The notes beneath the pieces were generated by a model. The model saw only the letters and a list, made by a program, of their open reading frames with translations, ran no database searches and had not been told where the DNA came from. From Parcubacteria group bacterium Gr01-1014_13 (lineage in GTDB: Bacteria > Patescibacteriota > Patescibacteriia > Magasanikbacterales > GWA2-37-8), in assembly GCA_007376295.1 (NCBI GenBank), contig VMGB01000002.1, forward strand, positions 2,843 to 66,842: a stretch of DNA of 64,000 nt, written 5' to 3'. This document shows positions 18,385 to 28,796 of this stretch, one piece after another; position 1 is the stretch's first letter; each line of letters starts with the position of its first letter. The translations under genes were made by a program, and so were the position numbers.

Positions 18385-19692
18385 CTACTTCACAAATCTA
18401 AACGGATTGGTACGAATATTGTTTACCCAAACCTCAAAGTGCAGGTGGATACCTGTAGGACCGCGTACATTACCAGTGTTACCCATCAAACCGACAGTTT
18501 GTCCGGCGTCAACAAGCTGACCGACATTCACCAACAGTCGGGAATTGTGTCCGTACAAAGTTTTTATTCCACCACCGTGATCTATCACAACTACACAGCC
18601 ATAACCAGAGTTCCAGCCACATTGAGATTTAATGACCACACCCGATTTAACCGCATAGTTCGGAGTAGAAAAGCCCCCGCCAGCAATATCAATACCGCTA
18701 TGCTTCCAAGTAAAGTACTGGGTAACCAAACGAGTCGCAGTCGGCCAAATAAATCCAGAAACAGAAGGTACCTGCCGTGATGATGGCGGTGTGGCAATCC
18801 GGCTAATATTACGCAATGGGACTACATTTAATTTTGTAGGTTGCTTTACTCCATTTGGAACTATGATTTTTTCTCCGATTACCAAATCAGAGCCATCAGC
18901 TTTTAATTTATTGAACTTGATTATGGCTTCTGCAGTAGCGCCATACAGAGTGGCGATTTTTTTGATTGTATCACCTTTCTTTATGACATGAGTCAAACCA
19001 CTAACTGGAAGGATTTTTAATTTATCACCGGGGTGCAAAAAGGAATTCAAACCTAAATTATTTTCCCAAAGAATTGTAGCAATAGTAATCTGGAATTTCT
19101 GCGCGATACTGCCCAAAGAGTCACCGGGCTGTACTTCGTGGGTAATAATTTTATCACGAGTACCACCCGGAGCTTGGCCAGGAAAAATTATTGGTTTTGA
19201 TAAAGCCGACCCACCGGCCACCACGCTACCTAACTCGATATCTTGAATTGAGGTGTAAGAAAATTGATCTGAACTGACTGCGCCCGCTGTCCAAAATGGA
19301 GATGGGGAAGTAAACTGCGTTTCGTCAGCAAAAACTTCCTCTATGGAATAATCTGTATCAGAAGGGGTTAAGCGGTAAGCCAAGGTTTGTTGGCCCGGCA
19401 AACTGACCTCTTTTTTAGCATAAAGCTTGGTTTGGGGCAGGGCTACTATAAATAGAATAAGAAAAACAGCCACTTGCAAATTGTCGCGTTTTACCAGCTG
19501 TCGGTCTAGCCCGGCGGCACTGATTATTTTTTTGAAAAAATACTCAGTCTTGTAATGAATAAAGCCGATTAAACGCCAGCCAGGAGCGAATATTTTGGCT
19601 AAAACAAAAAGACTTTTGGCGCCTAACCACCAAAAAAATCTTTTTACGTATATCAGGACTCGCAGCGTTTTAAGCAGTATTTTATAACGCAT
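18385..19692 (-). CDS. LysM x2 + M23 peptidoglycan endopeptidase
   Basis: HEVQPGDSL, HVIKKGDTI, HSGIDIA, YGH, HLHFEV. Confidence 0.93.
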   Translation of the reverse strand: MRYKILLKTLRVLIYVKRFFWWLGAKSLFVLAKIFAPGWRLIGFIHYKTEYFFKKIISAAGLDRQLVKRDNLQVAVFLILFIVALPQTKLYAKKEVSLPGQQTLAYRLTPSDTDYSIEEVFADETQFTSPSPFWTAGAVSSDQFSYTSIQDIELGSVVAGGSALSKPIIFPGQAPGGTRDKIITHEVQPGDSLGSIAQKFQITIATILWENNLGLNSFLHPGDKLKILPVSGLTHVIKKGDTIKKIATLYGATAEAIIKFNKLKADGSDLVIGEKIIVPNGVKQPTKLNVVPLRNISRIATPPSSRQVPSVSGFIWPTATRLVTQYFTWKHSGIDIAGGGFSTPNYAVKSGVVIKSQCGWNSGYGCVVVIDHGGGIKTLYGHNSRLLVNVGQLVDAGQTVGLMGNTGNVRGPTGIHLHFEVWVNNIRTNPFRFVK

Positions 19693-19807
19693 ATAGCTTG
19701 ACGTAAAAGCTATATTAGCATATCATATTGATTAAAACAACCTGGCTTTTGGGCTTTTTAAAGACTCAAACCGGGGCAAAATATCTAATTTTTAAATCAA
19801 ACAACGT

Positions 19808-21793
19808 ATGACCGTTTTTTTATACGCGATATTGCCAGCTCTTTTGGCAATAATTTATGGAGTAGTTTTAATTACCTGGATAAACAGACAACCAAATGGC
19901 GATGACCGCATGAAGTCTATTGCCAAGGCTATCCAAGAAGGCGCCAAAGCCTATTTGGGACGACAATACAAAACAATTGCGATCGTAGCTGCAGCCGTCT
20001 TTGTAGTGTTATGGTTAACCGTAGGATCGCTCACAGCGCTTGGTTTCTTGACTGGCGCGTTTTTATCTGGTCTAGCGGGAGTTATTGGCATGAACGTTTC
20101 TGTACGCGCTAATATCAAAACTGCTGAAGCTGCCAAAAAAGGATTAAAAGAAGCTTTGAATGTGGCTGTTCGCGGCGGAGCCACCACTGGTTTATTCGTT
20201 GTCGGTTTGGGATTACTCGGTGTAGCTGGTTTTTATTTACTAACAAAAGATTTATCCGCTCTAATCGGTCTGGCATTTGGCGGCAGTTTGATTTCAATTT
20301 TTGCCAGAATCGGCGGCGGTATATTTACTAAAGCGGCTGACGTGGGCGCAGATTTAGTAGGTAAAGTAGAAAAAGGAATTCCTGAAGATGATCCACGCAA
20401 CCCAGCTGTGATTGCTGACAATGTCGGAGACAATGTTGGTGACTGTGCTGGCATGGCGGCAGATTTATTTGAAACATACGCAGTGACTGCTATTGCCACT
20501 ATGGTACTTGGCGGATTAATTTTTGTGGGCAATGAAAAAGTTGTTATCTATCCTTTAGTTTTGGGCGGCGTATCAATTATTGCTTCCATCTTGGGAACTT
20601 TCTTCATCCGCTTGGGCAAAACTCAACACATCATGAATTCTTTATACAAAGGTTTGGCTGCTTCCGGAATTCTTGCTCTCATCGCTTTTTATCCAGTGAC
20701 CAAATGGCTCATGACCGGACTTGATGGATACAGTGTGAACAAAATTTATCTTGCTTCTGTAATTGGTTTGGTTCTGGCCGCCGTTATGGTTTGGATTACT
20801 GAATATTATACTTCTACTGAATACGCTCCGGTAAAACAGATTGCCAAGGCGAGTGAAACTGGCCACGGCACTAATGTTATTTCCGGTTTGGCAGTATCAA
20901 TGAAATCTACCGCTTGGCCGACATTCTTTATAGTTGCCGCAATTTTATCTACTTACTGGCTAGCTGGATTATACGGCGTAGCTGTCGCAGCTATGAGCAT
21001 GCTATCTCTGGCTGGAATTATCGTTACTATTGATGCTTACGGACCAATCACTGACAATGCTGGCGGTATTGCTGAAATGAGTGAACTACCAGAAAATGTC
21101 CGTGAAATTACTGATAAATTAGATGCGGTTGGCAACACTACTAAAGCTGTTACTAAAGGTTACGCTATTGCCTCTGCCGCTCTTGCCTCCCTCGTTCTCT
21201 TTGCCGATTACACTCACAAACTTCCAGATACAGTAAAATTCCTAATTAATGATCCAAAAGTTTTAGCCGGATTATTTATCGGCGGTTTGCTTCCATATCT
21301 ATTTGGTTCCATGCTTATGGAATCAGTTGGAAAAGTTGCGGGAAAAGTTGTAGAAGAAGTACGCCGACAATTTAGAGAAATTCCAGGAATTATGGAAAGA
21401 ACTGCCAAGCCAGATTACGGCAAGGCGGTAGACATCGTAACCAAAGGCGCGATTGGCCAAATGATTTTACCAGCCACTATCCCTGTTTTAGCTCCGGTAC
21501 TAGTTGGTTGGATTTTGGGTGTAGAAGCTTTAGGCGGATTACTTCTTGGAACTATCATCACCGGATTATTCGTGGCCATTTCTATGACTACCGGCGGCGG
21601 CGCTTGGGATAACGCAAAGAAATATATTGAAAAAGGAAATTACGGCGGCAAGGGATCTTTTGCTCACCAAGCTGCAGTTACTGGAGATACCGTTGGTGAC
21701 CCATACAAAGATACTGCTGGTCCGGCTATTAACCCAATGATTAAAGTTGCCAACATTGTCGCTTTATTGATTGTAGGGTTGTTGATTAGATAA
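19808..21793 (+). CDS. hppA: Membrane-bound H+-translocating pyrophosphatase (K+-independent type)
   Basis: [36 protein letters not shown]. Confidence 0.97.
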   Translation: MTVFLYAILPALLAIIYGVVLITWINRQPNGDDRMKSIAKAIQEGAKAYLGRQYKTIAIVAAAVFVVLWLTVGSLTALGFLTGAFLSGLAGVIGMNVSVRANIKTAEAAKKGLKEALNVAVRGGATTGLFVVGLGLLGVAGFYLLTKDLSALIGLAFGGSLISIFARIGGGIFTKAADVGADLVGKVEKGIPEDDPRNPAVIADNVGDNVGDCAGMAADLFETYAVTAIATMVLGGLIFVGNEKVVIYPLVLGGVSIIASILGTFFIRLGKTQHIMNSLYKGLAASGILALIAFYPVTKWLMTGLDGYSVNKIYLASVIGLVLAAVMVWITEYYTSTEYAPVKQIAKASETGHGTNVISGLAVSMKSTAWPTFFIVAAILSTYWLAGLYGVAVAAMSMLSLAGIIVTIDAYGPITDNAGGIAEMSELPENVREITDKLDAVGNTTKAVTKGYAIASAALASLVLFADYTHKLPDTVKFLINDPKVLAGLFIGGLLPYLFGSMLMESVGKVAGKVVEEVRRQFREIPGIMERTAKPDYGKAVDIVTKGAIGQMILPATIPVLAPVLVGWILGVEALGGLLLGTIITGLFVAISMTTGGGAWDNAKKYIEKGNYGGKGSFAHQAAVTGDTVGDPYKDTAGPAINPMIKVANIVALLIVGLLIR

Positions 21794-21914
21794 AATATTA
21801 TATTAAAAACAAAAGAAGGTCGTTAACAGCGATCTTCTTTTTAATTTGCCAACAATACAAGCCATTGACTTTGTCTAATAAAAATGATAGTGTCCTCCTC
21901 ATAGGAGGTTTCAA

Positions 21915-22352
21915 ATGCAAATCGACGTGGAAGTGGAAATAGAACAAACTCCACCAAGTAAACTGTACTTTGGCAAAATCCTCATCAAAATTGAGGAATG
22001 TCGATTTTCCAAAAATTTTACATTCACAATTGACGGTAATAAAGAAGATGGCACTAGGCATCTAACTATCCGAAAAGGGTTAGAAAAAGATAGTGAGACT
22101 GTGTTGAATATTACTACGGCCGCAATCAAAACCGGAGTTCTTTCAACTTTATCAGAGAAGCAACTCACGATGTACGAAATAACTTTTCCAGTAATACAGC
22201 GAGCACTTTTGAACCTAGCTGAGGAGCACTACAAACCTCCTCGCTATATATTGTTGGGTAAAAAATACGAAGCAACGGCAGAATGCAAAGTCACTGCAAA
22301 CAACAAAAGTGACATCAAGCGTATCTTGCATGATCTAGAAATATCAGCCTAA
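21915..22352 (+). CDS. Hypothetical protein
   Basis: Own promoter (TTGACT at about 21866), AGGAGG SD, terminator. Confidence 0.7.
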   Translation: MQIDVEVEIEQTPPSKLYFGKILIKIEECRFSKNFTFTIDGNKEDGTRHLTIRKGLEKDSETVLNITTAAIKTGVLSTLSEKQLTMYEITFPVIQRALLNLAEEHYKPPRYILLGKKYEATAECKVTANNKSDIKRILHDLEISA

Positions 22353-22362
22353 ACTTTGGCCA

Positions 22363-22393
22363 GGCCGTCACGATCAAATCGAGACGGTTTTTA
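22363..22393 (+). terminator. Terminator, copy 1 of a duplicated element
   Basis: GGCCGTCACGATCAAATCGAGACGGTTTTT. Confidence 0.75.
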
Positions 22394-22490
22394 TTTTACA
22401 ACTTAATATTTTTAATATCAACGCTGCGGACTTATTGATTATCTCTCCGTTATATGCTAGGGTAAATCCACACACAAAGGAGTGTGGCTC

Positions 22491-22730
22491 ATGCCAACAA
22501 TCAAAGTCAAAATGAATGACACGCAATTTAAAAACGCGATGGCTATAATTGAGGCTTGGGAAAAAGATCCAAAATATTCCGGTCTAATAGAGGTTCTGGA
22601 CACTCCCGATGAGGAGAGACACAAGGATATCGAAACGACTTTGCTAAAGGTAAGCGGCGGAATTACCTACGATATCTGGAATGAGTTTTGCCGCCACCTA
22701 AGAATGAAGATTCCGTTCCCCATTAATTAG
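22491..22730 (+). CDS. Hypothetical protein, paralog of next gene
   Basis: KVKM...W.KDPK..GLI...IT.D.WNEFC; AAGGAG SD. Confidence 0.7.
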   Translation: MPTIKVKMNDTQFKNAMAIIEAWEKDPKYSGLIEVLDTPDEERHKDIETTLLKVSGGITYDIWNEFCRHLRMKIPFPIN

Positions 22731-22747
22731 GAATAAGGAGCAATGTC

Positions 22748-22972
22748 ATGCCAAAAATTGCAAAAGTCAAAATGACCGCAAATCAGGTGGGTGTAGCTCT
22801 AGACATACTTCGCGATTGGAACCAAGACCCAAAACGTAAAGGTCTAATAAAGATTATAGCGGAAACCTTGGATAAATTTGTCTGGATTCAAGCAAGCAGC
22901 GATATTACCGAGGAACTGTGGAATGAATTCTGCGCGCAAGTGGAAATTCAAGGCCCCGTCACATGGCATTAG
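22748..22972 (+). CDS. Hypothetical protein, paralog of previous gene
   Basis: KVKM...WNQDPK..GLI...ITEELWNEFC; AAGGAG SD. Confidence 0.7.
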   Translation: MPKIAKVKMTANQVGVALDILRDWNQDPKRKGLIKIIAETLDKFVWIQASSDITEELWNEFCAQVEIQGPVTWH

Positions 22973-22980
22973 GAGGCAGC

Positions 22981-23012
22981 GGCCGTCATGATAAAATCGA
23001 GACGGCTTTTTT
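22981..23012 (+). terminator. Terminator, copy 2 of a duplicated element
   Basis: GGCCGTCATGATAAAATCGAGACGGCTTTTT. Confidence 0.75.
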
Positions 23013-23089
23013 ATTTCTCATCCACCATTGACAATTGCCTAGTTTTATACTATACTCCGACCGAACAACCGAAACAAAACAGGAGAACC

Positions 23090-23524
23090 ATGTCTCTACT
23101 ATGTGGCGTCTGCAAGTATGATATTCGTGAAGGCTATGGACTTATCTATGGCCTACAGCGTAGTAAAGATGGCGATATCATCCTTCCCGACATGAAAAAT
23201 GATATCGTGCCGCCAAATTGTGCGGTGTGCGACGGGTGTTTTGGGAGGGTACCGGAGGGTATCGTTGGGCCAGTAACTTCTGCCCAAGATCTGACAAAGA
23301 TGGATGACCCCATCTATGTCTATGCAAAAGCAAGTAGTGGCACTGGCATGTTTGGTGCCAGGGAATGGAGTAGTATCCAGGCCGACGACAACAATCTTCG
23401 TCCTGTACAGGCGGCGTGGCTCAAACAAAATTTTGCTTTCCTTGCTAAAATTATTGCCAACATGGCAAAGAACAAGGAAGAACCGATGGAAATTCGGGTT
23501 GGAGTTGTTACCACAAAAGCCTAA
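23090..23524 (+). CDS. Hypothetical Zn-finger-like protein
   Basis: CGVC...CAVCDGC; TTGACA promoter at about 23028, AGGAG SD, terminator about 23548-23582. Confidence 0.7.
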   Translation: MSLLCGVCKYDIREGYGLIYGLQRSKDGDIILPDMKNDIVPPNCAVCDGCFGRVPEGIVGPVTSAQDLTKMDDPIYVYAKASSGTGMFGAREWSSIQADDNNLRPVQAAWLKQNFAFLAKIIANMAKNKEEPMEIRVGVVTTKA

Positions 23525-23646
23525 GTATAGAAATATGCTCATGGCAGGCTACTAGCGACAATGTCGTAAGTAGCCTTTTTTATTTTAATTAAAAAACCCC
23601 AAGTAGAAAATTATTCTACTTGGGGCCAGATACAAGACAAAAATTT

Positions 23647-23859
23647 TTAGTCCCCCCAATACATTTGACGATCCCGAAGATACTTCAAATTCTTATAGTT
23701 CTTAACTGTAAAAAATACAGATATGATTACCATCAATGAAAGCACAAAGACTTTCATCCACTCTTCCTGAAACGCATTTAATACAACGAAACTGCTAAGA
23801 AGAATGATGCCAAAAATACTGAACATAATAACCAGACTAACTGAGGTGGTGGGCTTCAT
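23647..23859 (-). CDS. Small two-TM protein
   Basis: AAGGAG SD before MKPTT; own promoter. Confidence 0.6.
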   Translation of the reverse strand: MKPTTSVSLVIMFSIFGIILLSSFVVLNAFQEEWMKVFVLSLMVIISVFFTVKNYKNLKYLRDRQMYWGD

Positions 23860-23967
23860 TTTCTTTCTCCTTTGAACCACACTATCACATATAAACCCCA
23901 AAGTCAATGCTTGACATTTCGCTATTTTTCAATTAAAATTAGCGGGTATTAAATACTATATAACTAT

Positions 23968-25254
23968 ATGAAATACGAAGTAAAACCAATGGAAAAATCA
24001 CAAGTAGAACTGACTATTACTGTCGAGCCTGATGACTACAAAAAAGAAATGGATGCTGCCGCTGTCCGCATCTCCGAACGAGCCGCTATCAAAGGCTTCC
24101 GCCCAGGTAAAGCCACCTATGACACCGTCAAACAACAGGTTGGCGAAATCCGCATCATTGAAGAAGCTATGCAAAGCATTGTGGAAAAGAACTTTTTTGA
24201 TGCTGTTAAAAAAGAAGGGCTAGACACCGTAGGCATGCCGCAAATTACCATTACTAAAGTAGCTCCGGGCAATGCATTAGAATTTAAAGCGGTTGTTGGC
24301 TTGTTGCCAAAAATTAAACTGGGTGATTTTAGTTCAGTAAAAGTAAAACACCAAGCCAAAGAAATTTCCGACAAAGACGTGGATGCTGTTTTGAATGATT
24401 TGAAAAAAATGCAGACCAAAGAAATTTTAAAAAATGGCGCTGCTACCAAAGAAGATAAGCTGGTGGTAAATTTAGAAATGTTTTTGGATAAAGTACCAGT
24501 CGATGGCGGCCAAGCTCCGAACCACCAAGTATATCTAAACGAACCTCACTATATCCCCGGCCTCGCCGAACAATTAATCGGTGTAAAAAAAGACGACATC
24601 CGTGAATTTAACTTAAAATTCCCTAAAGATCATTACCAAAAAAATTTAGCTGGTAAAGACATTGATTTTAAAGTAAAAATCAATGATGTTTTTGAGTTAC
24701 AACATCCCGCCTTGGACGACGAATTTGCCAAATCTCTGGGACAGGAAAGTATGGAAAAATTAAAAAATGTTTTGCGAGAAAATTTAATTGCTGATGCTAA
24801 ACACAAGGATGATCAGAAGATAGAGATAGAAATTTTGGACAATCTGATTGAATCCAGCGAGATCAGCGAAGTGCCAGACGTTCTTATCAATGCCGAAAAA
24901 AATAAAATCTTCCATGAGTTGAAAAATAGTCTTGGCTCCCAAGGTATAGAAATGGAACAATACCTAAAAGATCTAAAAAAATCCGAAGAAGATATCTACA
25001 AAGACTTTACCGAACAGGCTTTGCGCCGGGTAAAGGCTGCCTTAGTGTCCCGCCAAGTGGCTTTGGAAAACAAAATTGAAGCAGACAAAAAAGATATTGA
25101 GGAAGAAGTAAAAATGATTAAAGCCGCTTATCCAGACAACAAAAATGTAGAAGAAAATCTCAAGAAACCGGAGGTTATGGAAACTCTGGCTCTTACCATT
25201 CAAAACCGCAAAGTTCTTAGCTTCTTAAAAGAAAAAATCTTAGATAAAAAGTAA
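23968..25254 (+). CDS. tig: Trigger factor
   Basis: IKGFRPGKA signature, FKBP domain (YIPG...FPKDY). Confidence 0.96.
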   Translation: MKYEVKPMEKSQVELTITVEPDDYKKEMDAAAVRISERAAIKGFRPGKATYDTVKQQVGEIRIIEEAMQSIVEKNFFDAVKKEGLDTVGMPQITITKVAPGNALEFKAVVGLLPKIKLGDFSSVKVKHQAKEISDKDVDAVLNDLKKMQTKEILKNGAATKEDKLVVNLEMFLDKVPVDGGQAPNHQVYLNEPHYIPGLAEQLIGVKKDDIREFNLKFPKDHYQKNLAGKDIDFKVKINDVFELQHPALDDEFAKSLGQESMEKLKNVLRENLIADAKHKDDQKIEIEILDNLIESSEISEVPDVLINAEKNKIFHELKNSLGSQGIEMEQYLKDLKKSEEDIYKDFTEQALRRVKAALVSRQVALENKIEADKKDIEEEVKMIKAAYPDNKNVEENLKKPEVMETLALTIQNRKVLSFLKEKILDKK

Positions 25255-25325
25255 TACTGATTGGAAATAAAAATGTCCTGCCCGATAAATATCGAACAGG
25301 ACGCCTACGCCCTCCCCTCAACCAA

Positions 25326-25541
25326 CTAACTGCTGCTGAAATCCTTGTTATCGTCCCGTTTCTGTTCTCGCTCTTCCAGAATCATTTCGAGCGTCTCCTC
25401 TTCTTCTCGAGGAGAGCCCTCCTTTGCGTATAGTTTTGCCAGATTGGCAAAAAAATTATCCTCATGACAGTCATTACAGATGTCTGGATTGTCACTGTCG
25501 CTGGGCCTGAAGCGCACCTGACAACACTTGCATATTTGCAT
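25326..25541 (-). CDS. Small Zn-ribbon protein
   Basis: CKCC..RF.PS......CNDC; AGGAGG SD. Confidence 0.6.
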   Translation of the reverse strand: MQICKCCQVRFRPSDSDNPDICNDCHEDNFFANLAKLYAKEGSPREEEETLEMILEEREQKRDDNKDFSSS

Positions 25542-25558
25542 TCTTTTTCCTCCTATCC

Positions 25559-25849
25559 TTACTCTTCTACGGGGCTTTGTTTGAACCACGCCGCTTCTTC
25601 AGGAGACAACGACCCCCAGCCAACGTCGAAGCCTTCATTAGGAGATCGTGGAAGAGAAATCACGACTTCTTTTTTGGGCCTTTCGGGCAACACGACCTTG
25701 CTTGGCTTGTAATCTTTGTGCACTTCCGCCAATAAGCGGCTCAAGCCTGGTCTCTCCTTAAGACAGCTGTTGCAGACGACCTGGCTAATATTGCTAGGTT
25801 CGAAACAAAGGCTGCAACGCTTGCACTGGATCATGCAGATAGTAATCAA
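25559..25849 (-). CDS. Small Zn-ribbon protein
   Basis: CKRC...F.PS......CNSC; own TTGACA promoter at about 25922. Confidence 0.6.
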   Translation of the reverse strand: MITICMIQCKRCSLCFEPSNISQVVCNSCLKERPGLSRLLAEVHKDYKPSKVVLPERPKKEVVISLPRSPNEGFDVGWGSLSPEEAAWFKQSPVEE

Positions 25850-25988
25850 AACAACGCTCCCTGGTTATGGTCTGCAAAATTACAGACGGGAACATTTATA
25901 CCACAGGTACTCCAGGTTGTCAAGATAACTTTGACGATAAAATTTTTAAATACTATAATCTATATATCGTAATATTTTAAATATTTTT

Positions 25989-26819
25989 ATGTATTTTGGA
26001 GCTCATATATCTATTGCCGGCGGTTTGCCTAATGCGCCGCTAAACGCAGCCAAAATTGGCTGTGAAGTTTTTCAGATGTTTACTCGTTCTCCCCGTGGCG
26101 GCTGGGTAGCTCCGCTAGATGAAGCCATTGCCAAACAGTTTAAAGATAATTGTAAAGAAAAAAACCAAAAAGAATGGGTCATCCACGCCCCGTATTTTAT
26201 AAACTTCTCTTCTGCCAACCCAAAAATTAAGCATGGCTCAATTTCCGTAATCCGCCAGGAACTTGAACGCGGCACTATGCTCGGCGCCGCTTACCTTATG
26301 ACCCACCTGGGCAGCTACAAAGACTTAGGACCAGAAAAAGGATTTAAAGCCTTAATAGACGGCCTGGCAGAATCAATCAAAGGTTACAAAGGCACTACAC
26401 AACTGCTAGTAGAAATTTCTGCGGGCTCCAGCAATGCTATTGGCAGTACATTTGAAGAATTAGGAAAAATTGTTCACCATCCCAAATTAAAAAACAAGGT
26501 TGGTGTCTGTTATGACACCCAGCATGGCTTTGTCGCTGGCTATGATTGCCGCACTCCCCAATCTGCCAAGGCCACTTTAGATAAATTTGACCAGGAAATT
26601 GGTCTGGAATATTTCAAAATGTCTCATTGTAATGATTCCAAAACTGATTTTGGCTCTCATGCCGATAGGCACGACCATATTGGTGATGGCAAAATTGGCT
26701 TGGGCGGATTTAAGTCTCTGTTAGCAGACAAAAGACTCGCTAAAGTTAACTTTATTCTGGAGACCGAAGACGACAAGGTTGTACAGGATTTGGAAATATT
26801 GAAAAAAATAAGGGGATAA
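25989..26819 (+). CDS. nfo: Endonuclease IV
   Basis: GAHISIAGG, HAPYFIN, CYDTQH, HCNDS, DRHDHIG, ILET. Confidence 0.96.
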   Translation: MYFGAHISIAGGLPNAPLNAAKIGCEVFQMFTRSPRGGWVAPLDEAIAKQFKDNCKEKNQKEWVIHAPYFINFSSANPKIKHGSISVIRQELERGTMLGAAYLMTHLGSYKDLGPEKGFKALIDGLAESIKGYKGTTQLLVEISAGSSNAIGSTFEELGKIVHHPKLKNKVGVCYDTQHGFVAGYDCRTPQSAKATLDKFDQEIGLEYFKMSHCNDSKTDFGSHADRHDHIGDGKIGLGGFKSLLADKRLAKVNFILETEDDKVVQDLEILKKIRG

Positions 26820-26887
26820 ATAAATGACAACATTTTTGTCTTGTAGTAAAATATAATTACTGCGATTTTAATTTAAACTTCTGTATT

Positions 26888-27991
26888 ATGTTCAACTCTT
26901 CAAATCTTCTCTGGTTTGGTTTAGTTTTAGCAGCTACGGCTGTTGTTTATTTTGTCCAAAGAAAAAAAGGCGGGTCTTTTTTCTCCAAATTTCAGGGTGG
27001 TAGTTCTAATACTCCTTTTCTAAGTTTGTACACCGTAGATTTCACCAAAATGGCCAAGGATGGCAAGTTAGATCCGGTTGTTGGCCGAGAAGAAGAGGTC
27101 CGAAAACTTACCCAGATTTTAGCCAGACGCGGAAAAAATAACGCTATGCTGATTGGTGATCCGGGAGTAGGCAAAACCGCTATTGTCGAGGGATTTGCCA
27201 ACCTCATTGCTAAGGGAGATATCCCAGATACGCTCAAAGACAAACGAGTATTGGCATTAGATGTAGCTGGCCTGCTATCTGGCACAAAATACCGTGGAGA
27301 ATTTGAAAACAGAGCTAAAAAAATCGTCCAGGAAATCAGCAACTCCCACCGTTCTATAATCCTTTTCATCGATGAAGTCCAATCTGTGGTTCAATCCCAG
27401 GGCAGCGAGGGCTCAATTAACTTTTCCGATATCCTCAAGCCAGCCCTAGCACGTGGTGATTTACAGATGATCGGGGCCACCACTGTAAATGAATATGAAA
27501 AATATATTAAAACCGATCTTAGTTTAGAAAGAAGATTCCAGCCGATAGAGGTTGGCGAACCAAGCGAAGATGAAACATTTACAATCATGACTGGAATCAA
27601 AGACAGATACAGAGAATACCACAAAGTAGAGTTTACCGATGCCGCTCTAAAAGCCGCTGTGGAATTAACTAAAAAAATGATTAATGACAGAAAGCTTCCG
27701 GATAAAGCTATTGATGCCATAGACGAAGCAGCTGCCATGGTGCGTGTTTCTCATCTTCACGGGGCAGTTTCGGCTGTGCTGTATAAAGCAGTGGCGGAAA
27801 AATATCCAAATGTGGAAACACTCTGGAAACAGATCCAAGATACTGATGCTAAAATTAGCCAAAGTACTGGCTCTGATAAAGAATCCGCCATCAAACAAAG
27901 AGAAGATCTGGAAGCTCAGTTATCGGCTGAGGGTATGTCTGTTGTTGATTCAAGCGACATTGAAAAAGTAGTAACAGAATGGGTTAAATAA
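26888..27991 (+). CDS. N-terminally membrane-anchored ClpA/B-type AAA+ (D1 module only)
   Basis: TM helix then LDPVVGRE, GDPGVGKT, LFIDE, IGATT, LERRFQ, LPDKAIDAIDEA; no D2 module. Confidence 0.88.
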   Translation: MFNSSNLLWFGLVLAATAVVYFVQRKKGGSFFSKFQGGSSNTPFLSLYTVDFTKMAKDGKLDPVVGREEEVRKLTQILARRGKNNAMLIGDPGVGKTAIVEGFANLIAKGDIPDTLKDKRVLALDVAGLLSGTKYRGEFENRAKKIVQEISNSHRSIILFIDEVQSVVQSQGSEGSINFSDILKPALARGDLQMIGATTVNEYEKYIKTDLSLERRFQPIEVGEPSEDETFTIMTGIKDRYREYHKVEFTDAALKAAVELTKKMINDRKLPDKAIDAIDEAAAMVRVSHLHGAVSAVLYKAVAEKYPNVETLWKQIQDTDAKISQSTGSDKESAIKQREDLEAQLSAEGMSVVDSSDIEKVVTEWVK

Positions 27992-28035
27992 ATATCTCAA
28001 GGTCGATAAATATTTTAATTATATAAAATTTTACT

Positions 28036-28479
28036 ATGCCAACTGATACTTTAACAAAAACTAAAACTAAAACAAAACTTTTAATAGCCACTGCTGCTTT
28101 AGCCGCGGCCGGCGGACTGGCTTTTATTATGTTACCAAGGCTTTCTTCTTCCCTTACGACTACCAAAACTGCCATTACCAGTACCAGTAGTCTCATTTGC
28201 GTAGATTCCGACGGAGGAAACAAGCCAGGTACAAAAGGAACGGCTAGTGTTCAAGACACTGCCAATAATTACAATGTAGTCACCTCTGGCACAGATTATT
28301 GTATATTCTCTACTGCACTAATAGAATTTAACTGTTTAAGCAGTTCTACTATAGAACAATCTCTAGCTTCCTGTACTTATGGTTGTACATCCGGATTTTG
28401 CGCGTCCCAATTTTCTCTTCCAACTACTCTGCCAAAAACGGAGGTATATCAAACATCAACAAATGTACTAACGCAATAA
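28036..28479 (+). CDS. Secreted/anchored Thr-rich protein with CxDSDGG Cys module
   Basis: Basic-hydrophobic N-terminus; CVDSDGG...DYC...EFNC...CTYGCTSGFC. Confidence 0.7.
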   Translation: MPTDTLTKTKTKTKLLIATAALAAAGGLAFIMLPRLSSSLTTTKTAITSTSSLICVDSDGGNKPGTKGTASVQDTANNYNVVTSGTDYCIFSTALIEFNCLSSSTIEQSLASCTYGCTSGFCASQFSLPTTLPKTEVYQTSTNVLTQ

Positions 28480-28480
28480 T

Positions 28481-28723
28481 ATGGATAAACTACTTAATAA
28501 AAATATGCAAACAATAACTTCAACTACAACTAAATCAATCACCAAAACAAAAATGCTGATCGCTACTGCTGCTTTGGCAGCCGCGGCTGGGCTGGCTTTT
28601 CTTGCGACTCCAAAACTGCAATCTCCGACTAACACTAATACCACTACTACCAGTCCAACCCTTGCGGAATACAGCATTATCACCGCAGTAATCAATGTAA
28701 TCAATGTGCTCACTAGTAAATAG
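28481..28723 (+). CDS. Short protein sharing the N-terminal signal of the previous gene
   Basis: TKTKMLIATAALAAAAGLAF; start could be 28505. Confidence 0.55.
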   Translation: MDKLLNKNMQTITSTTTKSITKTKMLIATAALAAAAGLAFLATPKLQSPTNTNTTTTSPTLAEYSIITAVINVINVLTSK

Positions 28724-28740
28724 GAAAAAATTGTCTACCA

Positions 28741-28774
28741 AAAAACCATCCCGACTTAATCGGGATGGTTTTTT
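28741..28774. terminator. Bidirectional terminator
   Basis: AAAAACCATCCCGA-CTTAA-TCGGGATGGTTTTT. Confidence 0.8.
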
Positions 28775-28796
28775 AAATTAAATTACTAAAAACGGA

